A stretch of 64,000 nucleotides of DNA from the NCBI GenBank assembly GCA_045540195.1, contig JAZQGS010000001.1:28324-92323 (forward strand), in the 5' to 3' direction. The notes under the pieces are model-generated. The model saw only the letters and a program-made list of their open reading frames with translations. It searched no databases and was not told the DNA's origin. This document shows, piece after piece, positions 27,152-36,267 of the stretch (its first letter is position 1; every line of letters starts with the position of its first letter). The DNA comes from Acutalibacteraceae bacterium (lineage in GTDB: Bacteria > Bacillota > Clostridia > Oscillospirales > Acutalibacteraceae). The translations under genes and the position numbers were made by a program.

Positions 27152-27922
27152 ATGGAAAAAGAAATCAACTCTCCCAGAGAGGATCTTATAATCGGCAGAA
27201 ATGCCGTCAGTGAGGCTTTGCGAAGCTCAAGAGCGATTGACACTCTGCTTGTTTCGCGCGGTGAGCGCAACGGCTCAATCGGAAGAATTATTGCCGAGTG
27301 CCGTGACAAGGGTGTTGTTATCAAGGAGGTTGACCGCAAGAAGCTTGACCTTATGTGTGGCGGAGCGGTGCATCAGGGCGTAGCGGCTTATGCGGCGGCT
27401 CACGAATATTCGAGCGTGGAGGATATCTTCAATCTCGCCGAGGAGCGCGGTGAAAAGCCTTTCATTATTATCTGTGACGAGCTTGAGGATCCGCATAATC
27501 TCGGCGCGGTGCTTCGTACAGCAGAGGCAACAGGCGCACACGGTGTTATTATACCCAAGCGCAGAAATGCTTCACTGAGCTATGTTGTGGGCAAGGCGAG
27601 TGCAGGCGCGGTTGAATATGTTCCCGTTGCAAGGGTTGCGAATATTGCACAGACGATTGACGAGCTCAAGGAGCGCGGAGTCTGGTTCTATGCCGCGGAT
27701 ATGGACGGTGAGGACTGGTGCAGTGTGGATTACGACGGTGCGGTCGGTCTTGTTATCGGCTCTGAGGGCAGAGGCGTCAGCCGTCTTGTCAGAGAAAAAT
27801 GTGATTTTATAGTTTCAATGCCGATGAAGGGCAGAATAAATTCGCTCAACGCTTCCGTTGCGGCAGGCGTGCTTATGTACGAGGTCGCAAGGCAGAGGGC
27901 AGGAATCAAAGCAAAGGGGTGA
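27152..27922 (+). CDS. rlmB: 23S rRNA (guanosine-2'-O)-methyltransferase, SpoU/TrmH family (RlmB-like)
   Basis: SpoU motifs DPHNLGAVLRTAEA, GSEGRGVS and SLNASVAAGVLMYE. Confidence 0.85.
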   Translation: MEKEINSPREDLIIGRNAVSEALRSSRAIDTLLVSRGERNGSIGRIIAECRDKGVVIKEVDRKKLDLMCGGAVHQGVAAYAAAHEYSSVEDIFNLAEERGEKPFIIICDELEDPHNLGAVLRTAEATGAHGVIIPKRRNASLSYVVGKASAGAVEYVPVARVANIAQTIDELKERGVWFYAADMDGEDWCSVDYDGAVGLVIGSEGRGVSRLVREKCDFIVSMPMKGRINSLNASVAAGVLMYEVARQRAGIKAKG

Positions 27923-30687
27923 AAACCTTGTCTGAAATTAACCGAGAGGAGCTTCGCGCTCTGCTTGAGGATATACGCGAGAAGCGTCGCCGTGAGGGGC
28001 TTGATGAGAACGGTGAGCCCGCGAAAATCTGGACTAATGAGGACATTGACCGTCTTCTCGGAATTGCACAGGATATGCAGAATCAGTCTGAGCCCGAGAC
28101 GGACAGTATATATGTTGCAGACGAATCATTTGAGACAGCCGATGAGGAGCCTGAGCTCAGTCAGGCAACGGTAGCCTTCGAGCTTGATTCCGTTGAGTCT
28201 GAGGAGCCGGCAGAGGTGCGCAAGACAGAGGACAGACTCAGATCTATCTTTGACGAGGAGGCAAAGCCGAAAAAGAGCTTTGATTTTTCAGACAGCCTCA
28301 GGGGTGTTACCTCAAGGGTATCGGGCCTTGCGTCAGGACTTCTCAAAAAGGGCAAGAGCTTTTTTGAGAGCCTTAAAAGTGAGGATTCCGACGAGGAGGA
28401 AAGATATTTCCTCGGTGAAGAGGATGATGATTTCGGGGATGACGAGTTTGAGGTTGTCGGTGATGAGGATATCAGACTTGCCGACGACGAGACTTCCGAT
28501 GAGGATGCTGATGAGTCCGACGATGCCGCTATTGAGGCAGAGGAAGCGGGCAAGACAAAGCATGTATATCTCGAAAAGCCCGGAATGGTTATAAAAAAGG
28601 GTGTTCTCGATGAGGATTCAGACCTTGAGGGAGCGCCGACAATTATCTCTCTTGAGGAAGAGGCAGGCACCGCTGAGCCGAGTGATGAGTTCAATTCAAG
28701 AATCCGTCAGGAGGAGGAAAGCGGACAGCTTGCGATGCCCGGATTTTCGGATATCGGCAAGGAGGAAAAGCCTGAAAAAATTGAAGAGAGCGAAGCCGAA
28801 AAGGAGCTTTTTAAGAGAAGAAAGGCAAAGATTGACAGCTTTGTGCTTTTCGGTGATGAAAACGAGAATGATCCGTACGGTGCTGACGGTGAAAAGGAAC
28901 GCCTCGGCGATTTGTTCGACTCTCACGAGGAAAGACCGCGCCGAATCGAAGAGCCCGAGTTTATCGGTGTTGAGTATTCGCAGGTCAAGGATGCTCGCAG
29001 AGTACGAAGATATCTGCTTCTGCAAAAGAAAAAGAGCTTCCACAGGGTGATTATTCAGTCGGTTCTGCTTGTGCTTGCGCTTGTTGTAAGTATTCTTGCG
29101 GCATCCGAGACAACAGTCGGCGGAGATAACTTCCTCACAATTTTCTCCAACATAATAATTATCGTTGCATCTCTGGTTACAAGCAATCAGTTGCTTGCGA
29201 CAACTGCAGAACAGCTTAAAAAGAAAAAATTCAATATAAATTCAGCGGCTTCGTTTACGGCCTTACTCTGCTTTGCGCAGACGCTTCTTAATCTCATTCT
29301 CTACTTTTTTGAGAAAAGCATCGTCAGCGTTTTCGCGGGTGCAGGTGTCGGACTGTTGCTTATGAGTGAGCTTACCTCGTATCTGACATTCTGCAGAACG
29401 GCTGATGCGCTTGAGCTTTGCACGGGTGCAAACAAGGATAAGCTTTATTCAATCGAAGGGATTTCTGATGATAAGGACGCCGCCGAGCTCGGCAAGAATA
29501 TCAAGTCCAACGGCACGCGTATCCGCTATTCGGGCAAAACCCGTTTTCCGTCACACCTCGTCGAGCTTTGTACAAGCGAGACCGTAACGGATAAGAATAT
29601 GCGCTTTATCTTCATGATGATTGCGGCGCTCAGTCTTGTAAATATGATTGTTGCGTGGGTGGTCAACCGCCATTTTACAATCGGCCTTGCGGCATTCACT
29701 GTTACTTTTTCACTTGCTATGCCGGCTTATGCCGCGCTGCTTGTTCAGCTGCCGCTTCGTTGGGTGAACAAAAAGTTCAACAAGATGGGCGGAATGATTT
29801 CCTGTCAGGAGGCTGTCAGCGAGCTTTGCAGAACGAATGCGATTGTGCTTGACAGCAAGGATCTGTTTGACCAGAATATGTGCGCAATGCACGGCTTTAA
29901 GGATTTCAAAAATGTCCGCGTTGACGATGCGATGCTCTATGCCGCGGCAATGGTTATCCGTTCCGGCGGACCGCTGACGGGTGTGTTCGATCAGATGGTT
30001 GTCAACCGCCGTGATATCCTGCCGACGGTCAAATCCTTCAGCTATGAAGAAAAGCTCGGTGTTTCGGGCTGGATCAACAATCAGAAGGTAATTCTCGGCA
30101 ACAAAGCAATGATGATAAATCACAACATCGATGTTCCCGAAAGCATTGATGAGGATAAATATCTTATCTCGGGCCATGAGGTTATCTATCTTGCGATTGC
30201 ACACAAGCTTGCGGCGATGATGGTCGTTGACTATGCGCCCAACAAAAAGCTCGTGCCGTATCTTCGCAGACTGCGCGACAGCGGTGTTACCGTGCTTGTG
30301 AGAAACTGTGACCCGAATGTTACCGACAGAATGATATCCGAGTGCTACGATATGCGCCTTGACAATGTGAAGATTCTCAACTCCGCGGCGGGCAGGGTAT
30401 TCAAAAAATACAAGTCGCGTCCCAAGGTCAATTCAAGGGCAATCGCAATCCACGACGGCACGACATACACCTTCACACGAAGCCTCTGCACGGCGGCAAT
30501 GCTCAGAAACGCCTTCAAAATCGGTAACACGATGATGCTCGGCGGAATTCTTATGAGCTTTGCGATTGTATTGATTCTTGCAATACTTAATGTTGTTGCC
30601 GACCTGCCTGCGGTTTTTGTAATTCTGTTGCAGCTTCTTATCGCGGCTGTGCCTGTCGGAGTGGTGAAAATTTCCTGCTCAAAATAA
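27919..30687 (+). CDS. P1B-type P-type-ATPase homologue with degenerate catalytic motifs and a ~350-aa acidic N-terminal extension
   Basis: GTG overlaps the rlmB stop (GTGA). Residues 1-350 are rich in D/E/K. A TM bundle follows. AIVLDSKDLF occupies the expected DKTGT position and VRNCDPNV the expected TGDN position. No TGES or GDGxND string is present. Confidence 0.7.
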   Translation: MKTLSEINREELRALLEDIREKRRREGLDENGEPAKIWTNEDIDRLLGIAQDMQNQSEPETDSIYVADESFETADEEPELSQATVAFELDSVESEEPAEVRKTEDRLRSIFDEEAKPKKSFDFSDSLRGVTSRVSGLASGLLKKGKSFFESLKSEDSDEEERYFLGEEDDDFGDDEFEVVGDEDIRLADDETSDEDADESDDAAIEAEEAGKTKHVYLEKPGMVIKKGVLDEDSDLEGAPTIISLEEEAGTAEPSDEFNSRIRQEEESGQLAMPGFSDIGKEEKPEKIEESEAEKELFKRRKAKIDSFVLFGDENENDPYGADGEKERLGDLFDSHEERPRRIEEPEFIGVEYSQVKDARRVRRYLLLQKKKSFHRVIIQSVLLVLALVVSILAASETTVGGDNFLTIFSNIIIIVASLVTSNQLLATTAEQLKKKKFNINSAASFTALLCFAQTLLNLILYFFEKSIVSVFAGAGVGLLLMSELTSYLTFCRTADALELCTGANKDKLYSIEGISDDKDAAELGKNIKSNGTRIRYSGKTRFPSHLVELCTSETVTDKNMRFIFMMIAALSLVNMIVAWVVNRHFTIGLAAFTVTFSLAMPAYAALLVQLPLRWVNKKFNKMGGMISCQEAVSELCRTNAIVLDSKDLFDQNMCAMHGFKDFKNVRVDDAMLYAAAMVIRSGGPLTGVFDQMVVNRRDILPTVKSFSYEEKLGVSGWINNQKVILGNKAMMINHNIDVPESIDEDKYLISGHEVIYLAIAHKLAAMMVVDYAPNKKLVPYLRRLRDSGVTVLVRNCDPNVTDRMISECYDMRLDNVKILNSAAGRVFKKYKSRPKVNSRAIAIHDGTTYTFTRSLCTAAMLRNAFKIGNTMMLGGILMSFAIVLILAILNVVADLPAVFVILLQLLIAAVPVGVVKISCSK

Positions 30688-30701
30688 AATTAAAAAAACT
30701 A

Positions 30702-30730
30702 TTGACAAAGTACGGATATGGTGTTAAAAT
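30702..30730 (+). promoter_or_regulatory. promoter of the infC-rpmI-rplT operon
   Basis: TTGACA 30702-30707, 17 nt, TAAAAT 30725-30730. Confidence 0.7.
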
Positions 30731-30868
30731 ATCTGCACAACAAAGTGGAATGGTTCGTTCCCACCTTAACGGTTATCGTCCGTGCGGTCAATATTCAACG
30801 GCAGTTTTCTGTCTTGTATTATGTGATTTTGCACGGATGGGTATGTTCCATCCGTGCTTTGATTTTAT
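30731..30868 (+). promoter_or_regulatory. leader with terminator/antiterminator (L20-leader-type attenuator)
   Basis: Terminator gcacggatgg-gtatgtt-ccatccgtgc plus a T-rich tract (30831-30868). The upstream ccgtgc segment (about 30780-30785) can pair with gcacgg instead. The position matches the Firmicutes L20 leader. Confidence 0.55.
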
Positions 30869-30894
30869 TATTAAGCATTTGGAGGTGCTTGAAC

Positions 30895-31419
30895 ATCGCT
30901 ACGAAAGAAACTCAGATCAATGAAGAAATCCGCGACAAGGAAGTCAGAGTAATCGATTCCGAAGGCAATCAGCTCGGCGTTATGCCTATTGAAGAAGCTA
31001 TGCGTCTTGCAGAGGAGAAAAATACCGACCTTGTTAAGATTGCGCCTCAGGCAAAGCCGCCTGTATGCAAGATTATGGATTACGGCAAGTACCGCTTTGA
31101 ACAGGCAAAGCGTGAAAAGGAAGCCAAGAAAAACCAAAGAGTTATTGAAATCAAGGAAGTCCGTCTGTCACTCAACATTGACACACACGACTTTGAAACA
31201 AAGGTTGGCCACGCAATCAAATTCCTGAAGGGTGGCAACAGAGTTAAGGTTTCAATCAGATTCCGCGGCCGAGAAATGGCTCACCCGGAAAACGGTCTGG
31301 TTACAATGAGCAAGTTTGCAGATGCATGCAGCGAGTTCGGTACGGTCGAAAAACCGGCAAAGCTTGAAGGTCGTTCAATGCTGATGTTTTTAGCAGCCAA
31401 ATCATCAAAGAATTCATAA
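30895..31419 (+). CDS. infC: translation initiation factor IF-3, probable non-AUG (AUC) start
   Basis: The conserved IF-3 body begins [19 protein letters not shown] at 30881-30885 lies 9 nt before ATC 30895; an in-frame TTG at 30889 is too close. There is no in-frame ATG or GTG between the terminator and the conserved region. Confidence 0.85.
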   Translation: MATKETQINEEIRDKEVRVIDSEGNQLGVMPIEEAMRLAEEKNTDLVKIAPQAKPPVCKIMDYGKYRFEQAKREKEAKKNQRVIEIKEVRLSLNIDTHDFETKVGHAIKFLKGGNRVKVSIRFRGREMAHPENGLVTMSKFADACSEFGTVEKPAKLEGRSMLMFLAAKSSKNS

Positions 31420-31432
31420 GGAGGAAAAAACC

Positions 31433-31630
31433 ATGCCTAAAATTAAAACTCACAGCGGTGCAAAAAAGCGCTTTAAGCTCTCTAAGAACGGTAAGCCCAT
31501 CCGCGGTCACGCTAACAAGTCACACATCCTTAATAAGAAGACAACAAAGCGTAAGAGAGGTCTTCGTCAGACAGTTGTTGCTGACACAACAAATGTAAAG
31601 CAGATCAAGCGTCTGATTCCTTACAAATAA
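31433..31630 (+). CDS. rpmI: 50S ribosomal protein L35
   Basis: [15 protein letters not shown]..., 65 aa, basic. Confidence 0.95.
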   Translation: MPKIKTHSGAKKRFKLSKNGKPIRGHANKSHILNKKTTKRKRGLRQTVVADTTNVKQIKRLIPYK

Positions 31631-31690
31631 GAACGCGCTGTCGACGGCAGCAACACACAACTAAAATTTTAAAATCGGAGGTAACTTACC

Positions 31691-32047
31691 ATGGCTCGTA
31701 TTAAAGGCGCTACCATGACTCGTAAGAGAAGAAATAAAGTATTAAAAATGGCTAAGGGCTACTATGGCTCAAAGTCAAGTCTTTTCAAGACTGCTAAGCA
31801 GGCAGTTATGAAATCAGGTCAGTATGCATACATCGGACGCAAGCAGAAGAAGCGCGACTTCCGTCGTCTCTGGATCACAAGAATCTCAGCAGCTTGCAAG
31901 ATGAACGGCATGAACTATTCAACATTCATGAACGGCCTCAACAAGGCAGGCATCACACTTAACCGTAAGATGCTTTCAGAGATCGCAATCGCTGATCCTG
32001 CTGCATTCACAGCTCTCACAGAGAAGGCTAAGGCAGCTCTTAAATAA
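31691..32047 (+). CDS. rplT: 50S ribosomal protein L20
   Basis: [19 protein letters not shown] ... RRLWITRI, 118 aa. Confidence 0.95.
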   Translation: MARIKGATMTRKRRNKVLKMAKGYYGSKSSLFKTAKQAVMKSGQYAYIGRKQKKRDFRRLWITRISAACKMNGMNYSTFMNGLNKAGITLNRKMLSEIAIADPAAFTALTEKAKAALK

Positions 32048-32058
32048 TAAGCTTATAT

Positions 32059-32096
32059 CACGCCCCTATACAGCGGGGGCGTGAATTTGTCTTTTT
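32059..32096 (+). terminator. terminator after rplT
   Basis: cacgcccc-loop-ggggcgtg followed by a T-rich tract. Confidence 0.7.
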
Positions 32097-32152
32097 ATAA
32101 GTACCGATTACCGTGTGTTTTTGTACGGATTTTTCAAAAAGGAGTGCTCACA

Positions 32153-32941
32153 ATGGAACGCCTGACGGCTAAACAAAACGAAAAAATCAAACACGCTGTC
32201 AGTGTGCGTGACAGCTCAAGAGTGCGCCGTGAGGAAGGGCTTTTTTTCCTTGAGGGCGCAAGACTCTGTGCGGATGCGGCGGCAAATAATGTCGCGGTTT
32301 TCAGAGCGTTTTTTACAGAAACCGCGTTGGAAAAATATTCTGTACAGGCTCAGATAATCCTTGAAAAAGCTAAAGAAAGCTATATCATTTCGACTCAGCT
32401 CGCATCAAAGCTTTCGGACACACAGAGCTCTCAGGGCATATTCTGTCTTTGTGAGGCTCAGCTTAAAAATGCCGCTTCGTCACAGATCAGAACGGACGGA
32501 CGATACATCTTTCTCGAAAATGTTCAGGACCCGTCCAATCTCGGTGCGGTGTGCAGAACGGCTGAGGCTCTCGGCGTGGACGCAATGATCGTCTGCGGCG
32601 GCTGTGACATTTATAATCCTAAGGCGCTGCGCGCTTCAATGGGCTCGGCGTTAAGGCTCGATGTGCTCGTCTGTGACGATGCACCCTCGTTTATCAAATC
32701 TCTCAACTCAGCGGGAATGCTTACGCTTGCGTCAACTCCCGACAGCTCAGCTCAGGCGGTGACCGAGGTTCGTATGGACGGCGGTGTTGTCTGCGTGGTC
32801 GGCAACGAAGGCAACGGAGTTACCGAAGAGACGATGTCCGCCTGCTCACAGCGGGTTACAATTCCGATGCTCGGCAGGGCAGAGTCGCTCAACGCGTCAA
32901 CCGCGGCGGCAATTCTTATCTGGGAGATGATAAGAAAATGA
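32153..32941 (+). CDS. TrmH/SpoU-family RNA 2'-O-methyltransferase (YsgA-like)
   Basis: ATG at 32153 after AAAAGGAG. SpoU motifs DPSNLGAVCRTAEA, GNEGNGV and SLNASTAAAILIWE. Confidence 0.85.
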   Translation: MERLTAKQNEKIKHAVSVRDSSRVRREEGLFFLEGARLCADAAANNVAVFRAFFTETALEKYSVQAQIILEKAKESYIISTQLASKLSDTQSSQGIFCLCEAQLKNAASSQIRTDGRYIFLENVQDPSNLGAVCRTAEALGVDAMIVCGGCDIYNPKALRASMGSALRLDVLVCDDAPSFIKSLNSAGMLTLASTPDSSAQAVTEVRMDGGVVCVVGNEGNGVTEETMSACSQRVTIPMLGRAESLNASTAAAILIWEMIRK

Positions 32942-34137
32942 GTGACAAGGTCTATTGGATATGGCTTCAGCAGACACTCGGAATCAATGCAAGCCTTAAA
33001 ACCGATGAAATAATCGGATATTTTAAATCTGCAAAAAGTGTTTATTTTGCCTCTGAGCAGGAGAGAATTATTTCCGGGATGTTTAATCCCCGTCAGATAT
33101 CGAAGCTGACTGACGGAAGTCTTGCAAGAGCGCAGAGCATTCTCAACACCTGTGTCAGAAACGGATGGCAGGTTATTACACCCGACGATGAAAACTATCC
33201 GTCCATGCTTTTCAAACTGCCTAATTTTCCGCTTGTTCTTTATGTCAACGGAGATTTGGACTGCTTGAAAAACAGGATTACCGTGGCAATCGTCGGCACA
33301 AGAGAGCCGTCCCGTAACAGCTCAACAATCGCAAGGGCGCTTTCGTCATCAATCTCCCGTTCGGGCGGTGTGATTGTCAGCGGAGGTGCGCTGGGTATCG
33401 ATTCGGCGGCGCATTGGGGCGCACTTGATGCTCAGAGCAAGACAGTTGCCGTTCTCGGATGCGGCTTTAATGTCAACTATCCTGCGGCTAACGAAGCTAT
33501 GCGCAGACAGATTGTCTCGTGCGGCGGAGCGCTTGTGAGCGAATTTCCGCCCGACACCACGGCAATCGCACGCAATTTTCCGATAAGAAACAGAATTATT
33601 TCAGGTCTTTCTTACGGAATCGTTGTTGTTGAAGCTGGTGAAAAAAGCGGCTCGCTTATCACCGCCAACCACGCTCTCGAGCAGGGCAGAGATGTCTTTG
33701 CCGTACCGGGAGACTTGCTTTCAAGCAGATTTACGGGAGCAAACCGACTTATCCGTGACGGAGCAAGGGCTGTATTCAGCGCCTATGATGTTCTCGGCGG
33801 CTATGCGGCGGTGTATCCCGAAAGGCTTGATGTCACAAAAATCGAAACCACTCTCACTCTTAAAAACTACGGCGATCCGCCGTCGAGAACGAAGCCCGAC
33901 GACAATCCGCCGCGCAGAGATAAGGGTGAGGTAACATTTATCAGACAGCCGGAGCCTCCGCTTCTGAGTGAGAATGCAAAGCGGATTTACCGCGCATTCA
34001 CAAGCAGTGAGATGCAGGCAGACGAGCTGATTTTATTAACAGGTCTGAGCGTCAGCGAATTTTCGGGCGCAATGACCGAGCTTGAGCTCTTCGATATAGT
34101 TGAGCTTCAGGCAGGCAAAAACTATAAACTGAAATAG
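32938..34137 (+). CDS. dprA: DNA-processing protein DprA (Smf)
   Basis: Rossmann-like core VAIVGTREPS, SGGALGIDSAAH and the GSLITA region. ATGA overlap with the upstream gene. Confidence 0.9.
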   Translation: MSDKVYWIWLQQTLGINASLKTDEIIGYFKSAKSVYFASEQERIISGMFNPRQISKLTDGSLARAQSILNTCVRNGWQVITPDDENYPSMLFKLPNFPLVLYVNGDLDCLKNRITVAIVGTREPSRNSSTIARALSSSISRSGGVIVSGGALGIDSAAHWGALDAQSKTVAVLGCGFNVNYPAANEAMRRQIVSCGGALVSEFPPDTTAIARNFPIRNRIISGLSYGIVVVEAGEKSGSLITANHALEQGRDVFAVPGDLLSSRFTGANRLIRDGARAVFSAYDVLGGYAAVYPERLDVTKIETTLTLKNYGDPPSRTKPDDNPPRRDKGEVTFIRQPEPPLLSENAKRIYRAFTSSEMQADELILLTGLSVSEFSGAMTELELFDIVELQAGKNYKLK

Positions 34138-34151
34138 GATGATAGAACAAT

Positions 34152-36266
34152 ATGTCAAAGCTTATTATCGTGGAGTCACCCACAAAGGTTAAGACAATCA
34201 AAAAATATCTCGGCAAGGAGTTTGATGTTACCGCATCAATGGGACATGTGCGCGATCTTCCCGCCGCAAAGCTCAGCGTTGATATCAAAAAGGATTTTAT
34301 GCCGAAATATGCCGTTATCAAGGGCAAGGAAAAGCTTGTCAAGGAGCTTAAAAGCAAGGTCGCTGAGAGTGACGAAGTTTTTCTCGCAACCGACCCCGAC
34401 CGTGAGGGAGAGGCGATTTCGTGGCATCTTGCAACACTGCTTGAGCTTGATATGACTAAGGCAAACAGAATAACCTTCAACGAAATCACAAAAACGGGTG
34501 TTGAAAACGGAATGAAATCACCCCGTTCAATCGATATGGATCTCGTCAACGCTCAGCAGGCAAGACGAATTCTCGACCGCCTTGTCGGATACAAGCTCAG
34601 TCCGTTCATTTCACAGAAAATCCGCCGCGGACTTTCAGCGGGCAGAGTTCAGTCTGTTGCAGTCAAGCTTGTTGTTGACAGAGAGAACGAAATCCGTGCG
34701 TTCGTGCCCGAGGAATACTGGACACTTGATGCCAAGCTTATCGCACCGTGCAGAAAAAGCTTTTCGGCATCCTTCTACGGCGACGAAACGGGCAAGGTTA
34801 AAATCACAAACAAGGAGCAGGCGGACACTTATCTTGAGAGACTCGACGGTGCAAAATACAGCGTAACATCTCTTAAAAAGGGTACAAGAAAAAAGAATCC
34901 CGCACCGCCGTTCATCACATCAACCCTTCAGCAGGAGGCATCGCGCCGTATGGGCTTCCAGGCTCAACGAACAATGCGTGCGGCTCAGGAGCTTTATGAA
35001 GGTGTTGACATCTCGGGCATCGGCACAACAGGTCTTATCACATATATGAGAACCGACTCTCTGAGAATTTCAGAGGAGGCAAGAGCTGCGGCAAATCAGT
35101 TTATTTCTGACACATACGGCTCAAAGTATCTTCCTGAAAAGCCGAGATACTACAAATCAAGAAGCAACGCACAGGACGGTCACGAGGCTATCCGCCCGAC
35201 AAATCCGATGCTCACTCCCGAGCGCGTAAAGGGTAGCCTTTCATCAGACCAGTATAAGCTTTATACACTTATCTGGAAGCGCTTTATCGCGAGCCTTATG
35301 GCAAGCTGTGTGCAGAATACCGTCAAGGCTGAGATTCAGGCGGTCACCGAGGGTAAGGCAGGCTACTGTCTCTTTACCGCGGCGGGCTACAGCGTGAAGT
35401 TTGACGGCTACACGGTTATTTATGAGGAGTCAACCGATGAGGAGAGCGAGGATAACGCAAAGCTTCCCGAGCTCAGCGAGGGAGACAAGCTCAAGCTCAA
35501 GGAGCTTACGGGCAACCAGCATTTCACTCAGCCTCCCGCAAGATTCACCGAGGCATCACTCATCAAGGCTCTTGAAGAAAACGGTATCGGCAGACCGAGT
35601 ACCTATGCAACAATCATCACAACAATCATCAAGCGTGAATATATAAAGAGACAGCAGAAGCTTCTTCATCCGACAGAGCTCGGTGAGGCAATCACAAGCC
35701 TTCTTAACGAAAAATTCCCGAAGATTGTAAACACAAAATTCACCGCAGGTATGGAAACAAAGCTCGACGAGGTCGGTGAGGGAAATACCGATTATATCGC
35801 AATGCTTCACGAATTCTATGACGACTTCGACAAGACCTTGCAGAAGGCTAAGGACGATATGAAGGATGTCAAGATTCAGCTCGAGGAGGATATGACAGAC
35901 ATCCCTTGCGACAAGTGCGGAAGAATGATGGTCATCAAAACGGGCAGATACGGCAAATTCCTTGCCTGTCCCGGATATCCCGAGTGTAAAAATGCTAAGC
36001 CGCTCGTTATGCAGACAAGTGCCAAGTGTCCGAAATGCGGCGGTGAGGTTATTGAGAAAAAGTCAAAGCGCGGTTATACCTTCTACGGCTGCGGAAGCTG
36101 GCCTGACTGCGACTTTATGACCTGGGATAAACCGACAGATGACAAGTGTCCGCAGTGCGGAAAGTCACTTTTTAAGCGCAAGGGCGGTTTGACCGTCTGC
36201 CTTGATGAAAACTGTGGCTACGAAAAGAAATCAGAAAGAAAATCAAGAAAAAAGGCTGAGGAATAA
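34152..36266 (+). CDS. topA: DNA topoisomerase I
   Basis: TOPRIM motifs LIIVESPTK and ATDPDREGE, active-site region YMRTDS, and three C-terminal CxxC zinc ribbons. Confidence 0.95.
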   Translation: MSKLIIVESPTKVKTIKKYLGKEFDVTASMGHVRDLPAAKLSVDIKKDFMPKYAVIKGKEKLVKELKSKVAESDEVFLATDPDREGEAISWHLATLLELDMTKANRITFNEITKTGVENGMKSPRSIDMDLVNAQQARRILDRLVGYKLSPFISQKIRRGLSAGRVQSVAVKLVVDRENEIRAFVPEEYWTLDAKLIAPCRKSFSASFYGDETGKVKITNKEQADTYLERLDGAKYSVTSLKKGTRKKNPAPPFITSTLQQEASRRMGFQAQRTMRAAQELYEGVDISGIGTTGLITYMRTDSLRISEEARAAANQFISDTYGSKYLPEKPRYYKSRSNAQDGHEAIRPTNPMLTPERVKGSLSSDQYKLYTLIWKRFIASLMASCVQNTVKAEIQAVTEGKAGYCLFTAAGYSVKFDGYTVIYEESTDEESEDNAKLPELSEGDKLKLKELTGNQHFTQPPARFTEASLIKALEENGIGRPSTYATIITTIIKREYIKRQQKLLHPTELGEAITSLLNEKFPKIVNTKFTAGMETKLDEVGEGNTDYIAMLHEFYDDFDKTLQKAKDDMKDVKIQLEEDMTDIPCDKCGRMMVIKTGRYGKFLACPGYPECKNAKPLVMQTSAKCPKCGGEVIEKKSKRGYTFYGCGSWPDCDFMTWDKPTDDKCPQCGKSLFKRKGGLTVCLDENCGYEKKSERKSRKKAEE

Positions 36267-36267
36267 A

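Noticed and set aside
28161-28694. 177-aa serine-rich ORF on the minus strand.
   Set aside because: It is the mirror image of the GAR-rich codons that encode the acidic N-terminus of the ATPase-like protein.
30718-30894. N-terminal extension of the infC ORF (track start ATG 30718). Similar extensions occur at 16564-16653, 32081-32152, 36202-36267, 37560-37589 and 50362-50403.
   Set aside because: The extensions overlap promoters, leaders, terminators or upstream genes. Each is followed by an internal start with a good RBS at the conserved N-terminus.
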